From contig OY761611.1 in the NCBI GenBank assembly GCA_963664875.1, positions 2,496,001 through 2,560,000 on the forward strand: DNA of 64,000 nt, written 5' to 3'. A model generated the notes under the pieces. The model did not search any database, was not told the DNA's origin, and worked only from the letters and a program-made list of their open reading frames with translations. Position numbers and translations under genes: made by a program. Source of the DNA: Candidatus Kapaibacterium sp. GTDB lineage: Bacteria; Bacteroidota; Ignavibacteria; Kapaibacteriales; UBA2268. Of the stretch, positions 9,501 to 27,406 are shown one piece after another. Every line of letters begins with the position of its first letter. The first letter of the stretch is position 1.

Positions 9501-11917
9501 CCTTCGTTATAAAATAAAAGACTATTGTCATTGGCTGTATTGCTTGTATTGATGTCATCTTCAATTATAGTTCCGTTGAGAATCTTTTCTGAATTTACAG
9601 CACCTTCAGCAATAGTCGGGTTCGGATAAATACCTGACAAATCGCCACCTGCTTCACCGTTTATTACTTCTGTGAAGGACTTCCATTGAGTACCGTCGAA
9701 ACCTTGGAAATCAACACCGTCGTATCTGATTGTTCCGGCATTTGCAGTAGCTGTTATGCCTACTCTAATACCACCGTTTACATCGAGTTTTTCGAGTGGA
9801 GTTTCTGTACCAATTCCTACTTTGCCTACATTTCTGTTTACTATGTCAGCACCGGAAACTTGCCATGCAGGAGATTTTGTAAGCGATTCCCAGCCATTGT
9901 CGGTTCTTCCTTCGAAATCGTTCCCGTTGAAACGAATTGTGCCGTTAACTGCATTATAAGAAGCGCCAATTTTAACTGCACCGTTCACATCTAACATTTC
10001 TTCCGGATTTTCTACACCTAAGCCAGTCCAACCGGCAACTGTAAGATTGCCGCTTACATGCATATCACCTTCCAAATCTAATAAATTTGGATTTTCTACA
10101 GATGGTGGGTTAATAATTACATGGTTGCCTGTTTCAGTACCGACAATGATTTTTTCAGTACCCACTAAAGTAGAAGCACTGACCGTACTATTGGCTCTGA
10201 TATCGCCATAAGTTTTGATTGCAGTTCTGTTTGTACTTGAGTGATAATTTCTTACTACAAGCACAGCGTCGTCTATATCGTTTGGATCACTAATTCCAAC
10301 ATTGTTTTCTGAGCTTCCTTCTAAGTATAAAGTTCTGCCTTCTCCGAAGTTTTTAATTTCTGCAACATATTTTCCGGTGCCTACAGAATTGCTTATTGCT
10401 TCAAATGCATTACCGTATCCGCTATTGTGTACAGAAAGTGTTGGCGCAGTATTACTACTATTGCTGGCTAGTATTGCATTGCCTTTTTCAGTTTCAATTC
10501 TGACACCAACGGCATCGCCTTTTGCAATTGCAGCAACAGCATTGTCATTAGAACCTAAACCTTCAGTGTAAGCCAAAAGTCCTGTATTTGATGATTCAGG
10601 TAGGCTATGTACTATTTCAGTTCTGTCGCCTGAAATTGCAGCGATACCAATATTCATTTTCCCTTGCTCAGCTCTTGCAATAGCACCTATGGAGACGCCA
10701 TCATCAGAATAAGAATAAAAGTTTGCAGCAGTATGGATTGCATTCTCATCTGCATTAGTAACTATATTTTCTGTTTTTAGAGAGTGAGTATTATATCCAT
10801 TGTCATTGTCAACTTTATGAGAGATGTATGTTGAAACGGCATCTCCGTTGTCAAGATTTGTTGATTCTGTCTCTACTCTCACTGCACCTCCTGCAAGACT
10901 TCCTTTGCTGTCTTTTTTGACTAATACTGCAGGCATATTCTTTCCGCCGCCTTCTACATAGAGAGCATTCCCTGCATCTTCCAAAGGTACTTTGACGCTG
11001 ATGCCGTTGCCGCCTTTGTCAGTTTTTTCGAGGGAAATCATGTCTTGGCCTTTCGATTCGCCTTTATATGCAAACGGAATAGTCATTTCGTCGTTTTGCC
11101 ATGAGACTTTACCTTCTTCTCCGTCCCATTTGAGTACTTGACCATTCACAGGTTCAACACTAGAATCTGAAAGAATCCACTGTTTTGAGTCAGAGTCATA
11201 ATACATGATTTGTGCTCTTGCGGTGCCGGGAGCAAGTTTAGTAACATCTATGCTAGCTTCGGCAATTTTTTCAGAAGTAATTGCCGATGTGGCTATTTTT
11301 GAACTTGTTACTGAACTGTCCTGAAGATTGCTTGTTGCAATTGCATTCAAATCTATTTTATCGTTAGTAATTGCTTTGTTAGCAATCTTAAGATTAGTAA
11401 CCGCACCAGCTGCTATAGCAGGATTTGGATATGTCCCTGTCAAATCGCCACCGGCTGGTCCTTCAGGCTCTAAGCTAATATCATCAGAGAGTTTCTCACG
11501 TGTTATTGATTTATCAGGTACTTCCTGAGCCATTTTAGCTACGTCCGCATTCATTGTGTGAATAGCATACGGAACTGCAGAAAGTGGAGTTCTTGGATAT
11601 GGGTCGCCTGTGCCGAGAGTAACCTGCAACCAATATTGCTTGTCAAATGGAAGATTTATCGGACTATTTGAGCCAAGGTAAACATTGATGTATCCATCAA
11701 CTACAGCTACGTTCCTAACTTCAATCCATAAAGGAGAGCCCCCTGTAGGTACGTCAAATAGTTCGAAAGTGATGCCTTGTGCATCTGTGATAGGGTCATT
11801 GCTTTCGTCAACAATATAGCCCTGATAATTGATGATTTTCTGATACTGAGCGTTCAGGTTTTCTACACTACAAAGTAAAATTGCAAGTAGAAAGCTAAGT
11901 GCAATAAATTTCTTCAT
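6593..11917 (-). CDS. Large secreted, repetitive, phage-tail-fibre-like protein (putative trimeric adhesin), 1774 aa
   Basis: Signal peptide; N-terminal INYQG...RTPLSAVPYA domain; repeated GDL.G.YPNP and GIGT..P.EKLDVNG...GTIRY motifs; four 53-aa tandem repeats. Confidence 0.8.
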   Translation of the reverse strand: MKKFIALSFLLAILLCSVENLNAQYQKIINYQGYIVDESNDPITDAQGITFELFDVPTGGSPLWIEVRNVAVVDGYINVYLGSNSPINLPFDKQYWLQVTLGTGDPYPRTPLSAVPYAIHTMNADVAKMAQEVPDKSITREKLSDDISLEPEGPAGGDLTGTYPNPAIAAGAVTNLKIANKAITNDKIDLNAIATSNLQDSSVTSSKIATSAITSEKIAEASIDVTKLAPGTARAQIMYYDSDSKQWILSDSSVEPVNGQVLKWDGEEGKVSWQNDEMTIPFAYKGESKGQDMISLEKTDKGGNGISVKVPLEDAGNALYVEGGGKNMPAVLVKKDSKGSLAGGAVRVETESTNLDNGDAVSTYISHKVDNDNGYNTHSLKTENIVTNADENAIHTAANFYSYSDDGVSIGAIARAEQGKMNIGIAAISGDRTEIVHSLPESSNTGLLAYTEGLGSNDNAVAAIAKGDAVGVRIETEKGNAILASNSSNTAPTLSVHNSGYGNAFEAISNSVGTGKYVAEIKNFGEGRTLYLEGSSENNVGISDPNDIDDAVLVVRNYHSSTNRTAIKTYGDIRANSTVSASTLVGTEKIIVGTETGNHVIINPPSVENPNLLDLEGDMHVSGNLTVAGWTGLGVENPEEMLDVNGAVKIGASYNAVNGTIRFNGNDFEGRTDNGWESLTKSPAWQVSGADIVNRNVGKVGIGTETPLEKLDVNGGIRVGITATANAGTIRYDGVDFQGFDGTQWKSFTEVINGEAGGDLSGIYPNPTIAEGAVNSEKILNGTIIEDDINTSNTANDNSLLFYNEGNWDWLAAPTGTSRLVLQYDGTGNLAWTDTYNRTAKIIDNDGNTEIAVDRNNNDNHIYFKANDIDAMVIDDNGKIGINTNSPVEQLDVNGAIKLGSTSNDTPGTIKYEDNDFKGHDGTGWKSLTVSSEWETVGNGIRNKNLGDVTVQNGNLIVANNALISGELQLANGVGVNTISSDDNLGASHNVIPTQGAVQGYVDNKVAAIDLSEITDADGDTKITIENDNEIRVEIDNTVAAHFSNTQNLKIGDLSNGKARERLDVSGAIIVGEANNSNEGTVQYKNNNLEVYKNGGWVSLTEQSNWDVVGNNIENNNPQNVVIKGGNLEVQNNLEVSGTLTLANQTVSTISVDNTLNANSNANLPTEKAVKGYVDTQVNLSVMDGDQAGGDLGGNYPNPTVARIQGQSLTINPATLSANHALVYNGTEYVNQEVLTSSEQIVGDVTGDYKNTQLSRIQGQTLTINPATLGSNHALVYNGTEYVNQEVLTSSEQIVGDVTGDYKNTQLSNIQGQTLTINPATLGSNHALVYNGTEYVNQEVLTNSEQIVGDVTGDYKNTQLSNIQGQTLTINPATLGSNHALVYNGTEYVNQEVLTSSEQIVGDITGDYKNTTVGKIQGRAVSANAPNDEEVLMWSNLENSWIPTILKVLQSEDKSTKVEITDFPINQQKMKFSVMGDVVATINSNKYFGIGTENPIAKFEVDGNSRFVGKTLFEDNTTGNSDNVVRIQNEANSTDQEIILSVLQNSSVSAFASMAANTKTTNNQYVSFVKHDGPQKGMLIYVNESAGAGNPIGLTVDIEDGDNANQGQGIEVITHDQTQGINIQNENANSIVASNNSDEATIRASNGINGNDGPVFTAGSTANLDANSTVNIGGSVSYGVTKIESVSMTNYMIGENDNIILVNTNAAIVNINLPDASLRTGRTYLIKNISNAHDVTFNANGKQVDDSNLPINLAGFKYVKIISDGTQWYIIGQN
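7686..8311 (-). repeat. Four near-identical 159-bp (53-aa) in-frame tandem repeats
   Basis: TTTATAATCACC recurs at about 7691, 7850, 8009 and 8168. Unit IQGQTLTINPATLGSNHALVYNGTEYVNQEVLTSSEQIVGDVTGDYKNTQLSN. Confidence 0.95.
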
Positions 11918-12158
11918 CGGAAACTCCGTGATAAATTATATTAAATTTGATTTCTTCTTATCTTTTTGCTGCTAAAAGCACTTAGTCGTTTATCAATCAA
12001 ATATTATACCAAAAAACAGGGATGCGATTGCTTATGATGTTAAGCAGATAGATATGCCTCATTCAGAATATACCAAATGCGAAGCTGGGAATAGTGATTT
12101 TTGATTATAAAGAGTTATGGGATGTAGTTTGAAAAGGAATAAAGAGAATAGATCTTAT

Positions 12159-12683
12159 TTATCGCACATAATTATCTATGAAATGCCTGAAAGAGCTGTT
12201 CTTTTCAGTTGCAGTTCTAACCGAATAGTTCTTAAGAAGTTCTCTCATAAAATCAATTCTTGAGCGCGATATCTGATGATAAAGTTGATTGAAATCTTCT
12301 TTAGTAATAAGCTCGGAATTAAGTATCTCGGGAAGACGCATTGCCAGCATCAAATCATCTGGGAATCCGGCTATGTACCAACTTTCGATTTCGTGGATAA
12401 CAATAGAAATTCTATTATCTTCAAGATTATTAAAGGAATAGTGTACTCGTTTCTTTTTACTTCCTACAGTAGGTTCATCATCAAGATCCGCAGTAAAAAT
12501 ATAGTCAAACTGCAGAGTTTTTATAGAATTGATAAAGTTATTTACCTTTTCTTTTTTCCACTGGGCATATTTGAATATTTCAACATCGTTGTACTTTTTG
12601 TACATAAGAGGGACTATAACGTGCTTGAAGAAACGCTCGTCATCGTTGCCTTCGACAAATATATATAACTTATTGAGTTTCAT
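12159..12683 (-). CDS. TOPRIM-like protein (DUF4276/DUF4435-like), partner of the ABC-type ATPase
   Basis: FVEGNDD, ADLD (DxD) and EIESW motifs. Start overlaps the ATPase stop (TAATG). Confidence 0.7.
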   Translation of the reverse strand: MKLNKLYIFVEGNDDERFFKHVIVPLMYKKYNDVEIFKYAQWKKEKVNNFINSIKTLQFDYIFTADLDDEPTVGSKKKRVHYSFNNLEDNRISIVIHEIESWYIAGFPDDLMLAMRLPEILNSELITKEDFNQLYHQISRSRIDFMRELLKNYSVRTATEKNSSFRHFIDNYVR

Positions 12684-13963
12684 TATTTAAGCAGATTTTG
12701 AATGTATAATTCTTCGATTCCGATTTCATTTTGCATAAAAGCCATAATCTCCTTCTTGTTGTGCAAATGTGATATAGTCGAATATCCTTCAGCATCGCGA
12801 TTGATAAACATAATGTTTTTCAATCCGGCATATTTAACAATCTCTGGATTATGAGTACTCAAAATGATTTGTTTGTGTGCAGTGGCATCCTGCATCATAT
12901 CTATAATTTTAGATATAAGATATGGGTGAATGCGTCTTCCGGCTTCCTCAAAAAAAGCTATTGGTTTGTTTTCAAAATAGAGTGCTATAATGATAAGTAT
13001 CACATAGACTGTACCGTCTGACATTAGAGATGCGGGTATAGGTCGCTCAGTAGAATATTTTTCTTTTAAAGTAATCTGCAGATATCTATCGAGAAATTTC
13101 TCCACTTCCAAATCTTCAACAAATGGCAAAACATCTTGAATCAGATTGAAAAGCATTCGTGTTTTTTCTTCGTCTTTTAAGATTTTTCGTAAAACAATCG
13201 CAAGATTTTCTCCATTCTCTTCCAGTTCGGCTTTGCCTGTGATTGTCGATGCTTGTTTTGGACGCTGAGGGTCGAAATCATAAATACATAAATCGCCGAG
13301 TGCCTGGCGAACACTCTGCGGATGGTGCATATAGTATTGCTTTTCTATAAACAAAGTTTGCAATGGTCTTTCTTCATCAAAATAGCTTTGAAAGTCCATA
13401 AATAGAGATGGAAATACTTCTGCTTTGCTTACCGGCACAGATTTATCCTTTTTGAAATCAATTTCGAATTTGCCTAATATATTAGATATAAGCAAACTAC
13501 CTGACCCAATTTTATTTTCTTCTGTCAACTTGTCGTTTTTGTGAATGGTTTCGTAAAAATCGAATGTTTGCATCAATAAATCTTCTTCGACCATGAATTC
13601 GAGACCTTGCTTGTTGAAAGAAATCTTGAACTCATTGGAAAAAGAAGTAGGTTTCATGATTATATGTCCAATATCTCCTGTCTTCAAACTACGGTAAGCT
13701 GAAAATGGTTCTATATCTACTCGAAGTCTCAAATAGTCATCTATTGACTGCTTATTTATGTTGCGCAAATACTCACCACCTCCTTGAAGAGATATAGCAT
13801 TTTCAAGGCCATATACAACTATATCACGTAGAAAGCGAAAAGCTTTGATAAAATTAGATTTGCCGGCAGCATTAGGTCCAATTAGGACATTGAACTGTCT
13901 AAAATCAACTTTCATGTGTCTGTAGCTTTTGAAATTTTCTACTTCTAAGGATTTGATTTTCAT
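12683..13963 (-). CDS. ABC-superfamily (AAA_15/AAA_21-like) ATPase
   Basis: MKIKSLEVENFKSY, Walker A GPNAAGKS, signature MSDG, Walker B FFEE, STHN. ATG 13963 is preferred over 14002. Confidence 0.85.
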   Translation of the reverse strand: MKIKSLEVENFKSYRHMKVDFRQFNVLIGPNAAGKSNFIKAFRFLRDIVVYGLENAISLQGGGEYLRNINKQSIDDYLRLRVDIEPFSAYRSLKTGDIGHIIMKPTSFSNEFKISFNKQGLEFMVEEDLLMQTFDFYETIHKNDKLTEENKIGSGSLLISNILGKFEIDFKKDKSVPVSKAEVFPSLFMDFQSYFDEERPLQTLFIEKQYYMHHPQSVRQALGDLCIYDFDPQRPKQASTITGKAELEENGENLAIVLRKILKDEEKTRMLFNLIQDVLPFVEDLEVEKFLDRYLQITLKEKYSTERPIPASLMSDGTVYVILIIIALYFENKPIAFFEEAGRRIHPYLISKIIDMMQDATAHKQIILSTHNPEIVKYAGLKNIMFINRDAEGYSTISHLHNKKEIMAFMQNEIGIEELYIQNLLK

Positions 13964-14312
13964 AACAGACCTATACAGTATATAGATGAATATTGTGAGC
14001 ATGGATTAAAGCATAACTTCGAATATGTAGCATCTAAATTCAATTTTAAGTTCAAATATAGAGCACTATAAAATCGAGCATGATTAAAACAGTCCAATAT
14101 TATGATAATAAAAGCAAAAATGCAAGCCAAATATCTACAAATAAGATATTATATGAACATACAAGATAGTATTAAGAAAGACCTATCGAAATAGAAAGCA
14201 GATATTTATAATAATCTGCATCATATAATGTATGGGTATAACAAATGGGAACTATTTGTTGTACTTTATAGTCAAAAAGGGTTTAAAAAACGCAGAAAAA
14301 GTCAAAAAAAAG

Positions 14313-14718
14313 CTTGCACAGAAAAGGGAAAAAGGATATATTTGTATCCCTTAAGAAATGAGGGCAGAAGTTAACAGTTCTTTTACAAATCTCTTAGAGC
14401 AGGCGAAAAAAAGTTGAAAAAAACATTTGGTGTTTGTTGAGAGATTTCGTAATTTTGTGTCCCCTTGAAAACGGGGTGATGTTAAGAGTTCTTTTCGGTG
14501 ATGCGCGAGATCAAACTTCAGCACTATGAGGCGGAAAAAAATCGAAAAATAAAATTTGGAGATTTAAAAAAAAGTCCGTAGTTTTGAATTCTGTCCCGCG
14601 ATGAAGGGAAAGAAAAGACGTTCTAAGAAAGCAGGTAATGAAGGCGAGTTAATATTGAAGAGGCTGATTAAGTTTTTAAATATTAATTTGTGAAGAACAG
14701 AAAAAGTTCTTAATTTTG
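14313..14718 (+). promoter_or_regulatory. Four tandem rRNA promoters (P1-P4)
   Basis: (C/T)TTG-N20-TAnnTTTG at 14313-14344, 14426-14457, 14555-14586 and 14687-14718. Each is followed by a GTTCT(TT) boxA-like word. Confidence 0.75.
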
Positions 14719-14845
14719 AACTTGCAATTGAATGCGAATCGGCGTTCTTTGAAAACAGGAAGCACAGTCAATTAAAAAGAGTAAAACAATTTTTGTGATC
14801 AAACTCACAAGCAAATAAACAGAGAATAACAATTCTTTATATAAA

Positions 14846-16340
<1,495 letters not shown>

Positions 16341-16397
16341 CAAGAGTACTTTATAATTGACGTGCTTCCTATTTTTTGAGAATGCATGAGAGACTAT

Positions 16398-16471
<74 letters not shown>

Positions 16472-16485
16472 CATATGCGAAATCA

Positions 16486-16558
16486 GGGTCTATAGCTCAA
16501 CTGGGAGAGCGCCGGCTTTGCAAGCCGGAGGTTAGCGGTTCGATCCCGCTTAGATCCA
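16486..16558 (+). tRNA. tRNA-Ala(TGC)
   Basis: GGGTCTA/TAGATCC acceptor stem with G3:U70, anticodon loop TTTGCAA. CCA not encoded. Confidence 0.96.
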
Positions 16559-16758
16559 CAAACAATGGATGCTAAGCGCATTCCTGTAAGAAAATTTACA
16601 AAATTGAAAAGTTATTTGACAATTAAGGTGTTACTGCCCATACAAAGGCAGTAAAGTAAAATACAATAGAGCCAAAAGTATCTGCAAAGATATAAATGTA
16701 AGTATGAAACTTAATAATTTGCGTCGAAGAGATTAGTATAACAACTCAAAACTAATTC

Positions 16759-19573
<2,815 letters not shown>

Positions 19574-19700
19574 TAATAATAGTTTTGAGTTGTTATACCA
19601 ATCTCTTTAGACTTACAAATTATTATATTGTTTCATCTCTTACTTCTATTATACTTTTGCTCTATATAATACGTATTTTACTTCCTTATATAAATCTTTT

Positions 19701-19816
19701 TCCGGTGGCTATGGCACAGGGGCTACACCTCTTCCCTTTCCGAACAGAGTAGTTAAGACCTGTTGCGCCGATGGTACTGCGTGGGTGACTGCGTGGAAGA
19801 GTAGGTCGCTGCCGGA
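19701..19816 (+). rRNA. rrf: 5S rRNA (operon 1)
   Basis: TCCGGTGGC...CCGAAC...GCCGATGGTACT...GCTGCCGGA. Confidence 0.95.
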
Positions 19817-19833
19817 TTCTAATATTGAGAATT

Positions 19834-19868
19834 AACCCTTCTCACTTCAAAAGTGATAAGGGTTTTTT
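19834..19868 (+). terminator. Terminator of rRNA operon 1
   Basis: AACCCTTCTCACTT-CAA-AAGTGATAAGGGTT followed by a T run. Confidence 0.75.
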
Positions 19869-19939
19869 ACTCTAAAGCAAGCATCTCACGCGAGATCAAA
19901 CTTCAGCACTATGAGGCGGAAAAAAATCGAAAAATAAAA

Positions 19940-20103
19940 TTTGGAGATTTAAAAAAAAGTCCGTAGTTTTGAATTCTGTCCCGCGATGAAGGGAAAGAAA
20001 AGACGTTCTAAGAAAGCAGGTAATGAAGGCGAGTTAATATTGAAGAGGCTGATTAAGTTTTTAAATATTAATTTGTGAAGAACAGAAAAAGTTCTTAATT
20101 TTG
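19940..20103 (+). promoter_or_regulatory. Duplicated P3 and P4 promoters of rRNA operon 2
   Basis: Copy of 14555-14718 (TTTG-N20-TAGTTTTG and TTTG-N20-TAATTTTG). Confidence 0.7.
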
Positions 20104-20230
20104 AACTTGCAATTGAATGCGAATCGGCGTTCTTTGAAAACAGGAAGCACAGTCAATTAAAAAGAGTAAAACAATTTTTGTGATCAAACTCACAAGCAAA
20201 TAAACAGAGAATAACAATTCTTTATATAAA

Positions 20231-21725
<1,495 letters not shown>

Positions 21726-21782
21726 CAAGAGTACTTTATAATTGACGTGCTTCCTATTTTTTGAGAATGCATGAGAGACTAT

Positions 21783-21856
<74 letters not shown>

Positions 21857-21870
21857 CATATGCGAAATCA

Positions 21871-21943
21871 GGGTCTATAGCTCAACTGGGAGAGCGCCGG
21901 CTTTGCAAGCCGGAGGTTAGCGGTTCGATCCCGCTTAGATCCA
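21871..21943 (+). tRNA. tRNA-Ala(TGC)
   Basis: Same sequence as 16486-16558. Confidence 0.96.
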
Positions 21944-22143
21944 CAAACAATGGATGCTAAGCGCATTCCTGTAAGAAAATTTACAAAATTGAAAAGTTAT
22001 TTGACAATTAAGGTGTTACTGCCCATACAAAGGCAGTAAAGTAAAATACAATAGAGCCAAAAGTATCTGCAAAGATATAAATGTAAGTATGAAACTTAAT
22101 AATTTGCGTCGAAGAGATTAGTATAACAACTCAAAACTAATTC

Positions 22144-24957
<2,814 letters not shown>

Positions 24958-25085
24958 TAATAATAGTTTTGAGTTGTTATACCAATCTCTTTAGACTTAA
25001 AAATTATTATATTGTTTCATCTCTTACTTCTATTATACTTTTGCTCTATATATTACGTATTTTACTTCCTTATATAAATCTTTTT

Positions 25086-25201
25086 TCCGGTGGCTATGGC
25101 ACAGGGGCTACACCTCTTCCCTTTCCGAACAGAGTAGTTAAGACCTGTTGCGCCGATGGTACTGCGTGGGTGACTGCGTGGAAGAGTAGGTCGCTGCCGG
25201 A
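25086..25201 (+). rRNA. rrf: 5S rRNA (operon 2)
   Basis: Same sequence as 19701-19816. Confidence 0.95.
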
Positions 25202-25210
25202 TTCTAATTT

Positions 25211-25247
25211 AAAAAAAGTCTGTATATTAGTTTATGCAGACTTTTTT
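25211..25247. terminator. Bidirectional terminator after rRNA operon 2
   Basis: AAAAAAAGTCTGTATA-TTAGTT-TATGCAGACTTTTTT. Confidence 0.8.
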
Positions 25248-25385
25248 GCGTTTATAGAAGAGTGAAAGAGTCGTTTCACTTATTCAATCTAAAAATTTAA
25301 AAGCAAACATTCATAAGATTGTGTTAGAAATCAAATGAAGAAATTGGTTTAAAAAAAGTTTTATAAGACGATATTTTTTAAATGC

Positions 25386-25760
25386 TTAAGATTTAGTGGT
25401 ATTATTTGAATTATTTTTAGGCTTAGGATTTTTATTCATTTGTCTTTTTGATGATTTTAAATGTGGTAGCGCTTCGGAAGGAGATATAGGTGTAGTTTCA
25501 GAATTAGATTCTGCCTTTTTTGACTTATTAGAGAGCTCAACAGTAATGATTCTACCGCCAAGCTCTATCGAATTTAGTGCTTTGATAGCATGTTCTGCTT
25601 GATTATCTTCCATTTCTATAAAGCAGTAGCCTTGCTTAAGTTTGGTCCTTTTATCAATTGGTCTTTTGAAAGAAATTATGTCTCCAAAGACTGAAAAAAG
25701 GATTTGGATTTCTTCGTCGCTTATGCTGAAATTTATATTTTTGACAAATAGAGTCTTCAT
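25386..25760 (-). CDS. RRM (RNP-1) RNA-binding protein
   Basis: RNP2 LFVKNI, RNP1 QGYCFIEM, AIKALN..ELGGR. ATG 25760 is preferred. Confidence 0.85.
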   Translation of the reverse strand: MKTLFVKNINFSISDEEIQILFSVFGDIISFKRPIDKRTKLKQGYCFIEMEDNQAEHAIKALNSIELGGRIITVELSNKSKKAESNSETTPISPSEALPHLKSSKRQMNKNPKPKNNSNNTTKS

Positions 25761-25803
25761 AGTAAACTTGTGTAAAATAAACATCTTTCAACATAGTAAA
25801 AAT

Positions 25804-27201
25804 CTAAACAACTACTAAATTCTTCTCGGAATATAGCTGTTTATTCATAGAAATATAAGCTACTATACCTGTTATTATACCTGAAATGAGTGCCGCATAG
25901 AATATACCGTCAATATCCATAAAATATGCCCCTAAATAAGATAGCGGGATGTAAAGTACAAAAACATACAGAACTGTTAAAAATGCAGCTTGAAAAGGTT
26001 TGTTCAGCACGTTTAATGAAGTGCCTGCTACCATCATAACACCGCGAAACATATAGCCAATAGGGACTACGAGCAGATACGTTTTGATAATATGAATCAT
26101 TTCTTGTGCTTTTGCCATAAGTTCTGGATTATGAGTAATAGAATCTGAAGCAAAGACAAAAGTTTTGCCTATAGTTTCCCCAAGTAAAGCTAAGACAATG
26201 AAAGAAAATGTACCCCAAACAAGAGAAACAATATAACTACGTTTTACGCCTTCTCTAGCTCTGTCGTATTGACCTGCACCCCAGTTTTGACCGACAAACG
26301 GACCAATAACTGCAGAAAGCCCCATGAATACAGTTAGCATTAAAGATTCAACTCTAGATGCTACACCGAATGCAGCCACTGCATATTCTCCATAGTTTGC
26401 AAGTAATGCGGTAATAATTCCAATTCCGACCGGAACGACTAACTGAGTACCAATGGCTGGTCCGCCGATGACCATAATTTTTTTCCAGGACGCAAGTATT
26501 TCGCTAAATTTTGGAAGCGAGAAGCTAATCATCTGTTCGCGTTTATATAGGATATGCACTGATATGATGAATGTTACGGCTCGAGCTATGACAGTAGCAA
26601 TCGCTGCTCCTGTGAGTCCCATGGGAGGGATAGGGCCCCATCCGAAAATAAAAATAGGGTCGAGCACCAAATTTACAAGCACTGAAATGCCCATTATCAT
26701 GGAGGGTACTTTGGTGTCGCCTGTGGCTCTGATAGCGGCGTTGCCTACTACCGGGACGACGAGGAATATCATACCGGGATACCATACCACCATATAGTCT
26801 TTAATAAGATTGACAGTTTCTGGGGTTGCTCCTAAAATTGAAAATAACCAGTCAAAGCTCAAAATGCCAACTACAACGAAAAAAGCAGTCATAATCAAAG
26901 AAAGAATAAGAGAATCAGTGGTAATGCGAACAACTTCAGATTTATCACCTTTTCCAATTGCTCTGGAAATTATAGAAGAAGCTCCTGTCGACAGTCCCAT
27001 TGCAATTCCCCAAATAAAAAATACAATGGGAAATGTGAAGCTAATGGCAGCAAGTTCTGCATTGCCAAGCATGGAAACAAAATATGTATCTATTAAATTA
27101 AGAGAAATGGCAAACATTATCCCAAAGATAACTGGTATAGATTTGAATACGAGTTGCTTGTTTATGTTGCCTTCTAAATATTGTGGTTTTTTGTCAGACA
27201 T
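25804..27201 (-). CDS. MATE family efflux transporter
   Basis: About 12 TM helices; DTYFVSMLG..ELAA, ATGDTKVP, NLVLDPIFIFG, GQNWGAG. Confidence 0.92.
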   Translation of the reverse strand: MSDKKPQYLEGNINKQLVFKSIPVIFGIMFAISLNLIDTYFVSMLGNAELAAISFTFPIVFFIWGIAMGLSTGASSIISRAIGKGDKSEVVRITTDSLILSLIMTAFFVVVGILSFDWLFSILGATPETVNLIKDYMVVWYPGMIFLVVPVVGNAAIRATGDTKVPSMIMGISVLVNLVLDPIFIFGWGPIPPMGLTGAAIATVIARAVTFIISVHILYKREQMISFSLPKFSEILASWKKIMVIGGPAIGTQLVVPVGIGIITALLANYGEYAVAAFGVASRVESLMLTVFMGLSAVIGPFVGQNWGAGQYDRAREGVKRSYIVSLVWGTFSFIVLALLGETIGKTFVFASDSITHNPELMAKAQEMIHIIKTYLLVVPIGYMFRGVMMVAGTSLNVLNKPFQAAFLTVLYVFVLYIPLSYLGAYFMDIDGIFYAALISGIITGIVAYISMNKQLYSEKNLVVV

Positions 27202-27341
27202 AGTAGTGTCTCTAAGTTTAATGATTTAGTGTTGACGAAATTAGACGTGTAATAATATAAGAAAGTTTCATTGTAATAGGGAGAGTGTTTTGTTCTAGAA
27301 CTAATATTTCTTGTCTCTCTATAATATAATTCTGACTCGAT

Positions 27342-27372
27342 AAAAAAAGCTGCCCCATAATGAGGCAGCCTA
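27342..27372 (-). terminator. Intrinsic terminator
   Basis: Minus strand GGCTGCCTCA-TTA-TGGGGCAGCT followed by a T run. Confidence 0.75.
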
Positions 27373-27406
27373 ACAAATATATTAGCTATAATCTTTCTTA
27401 GTAAGA

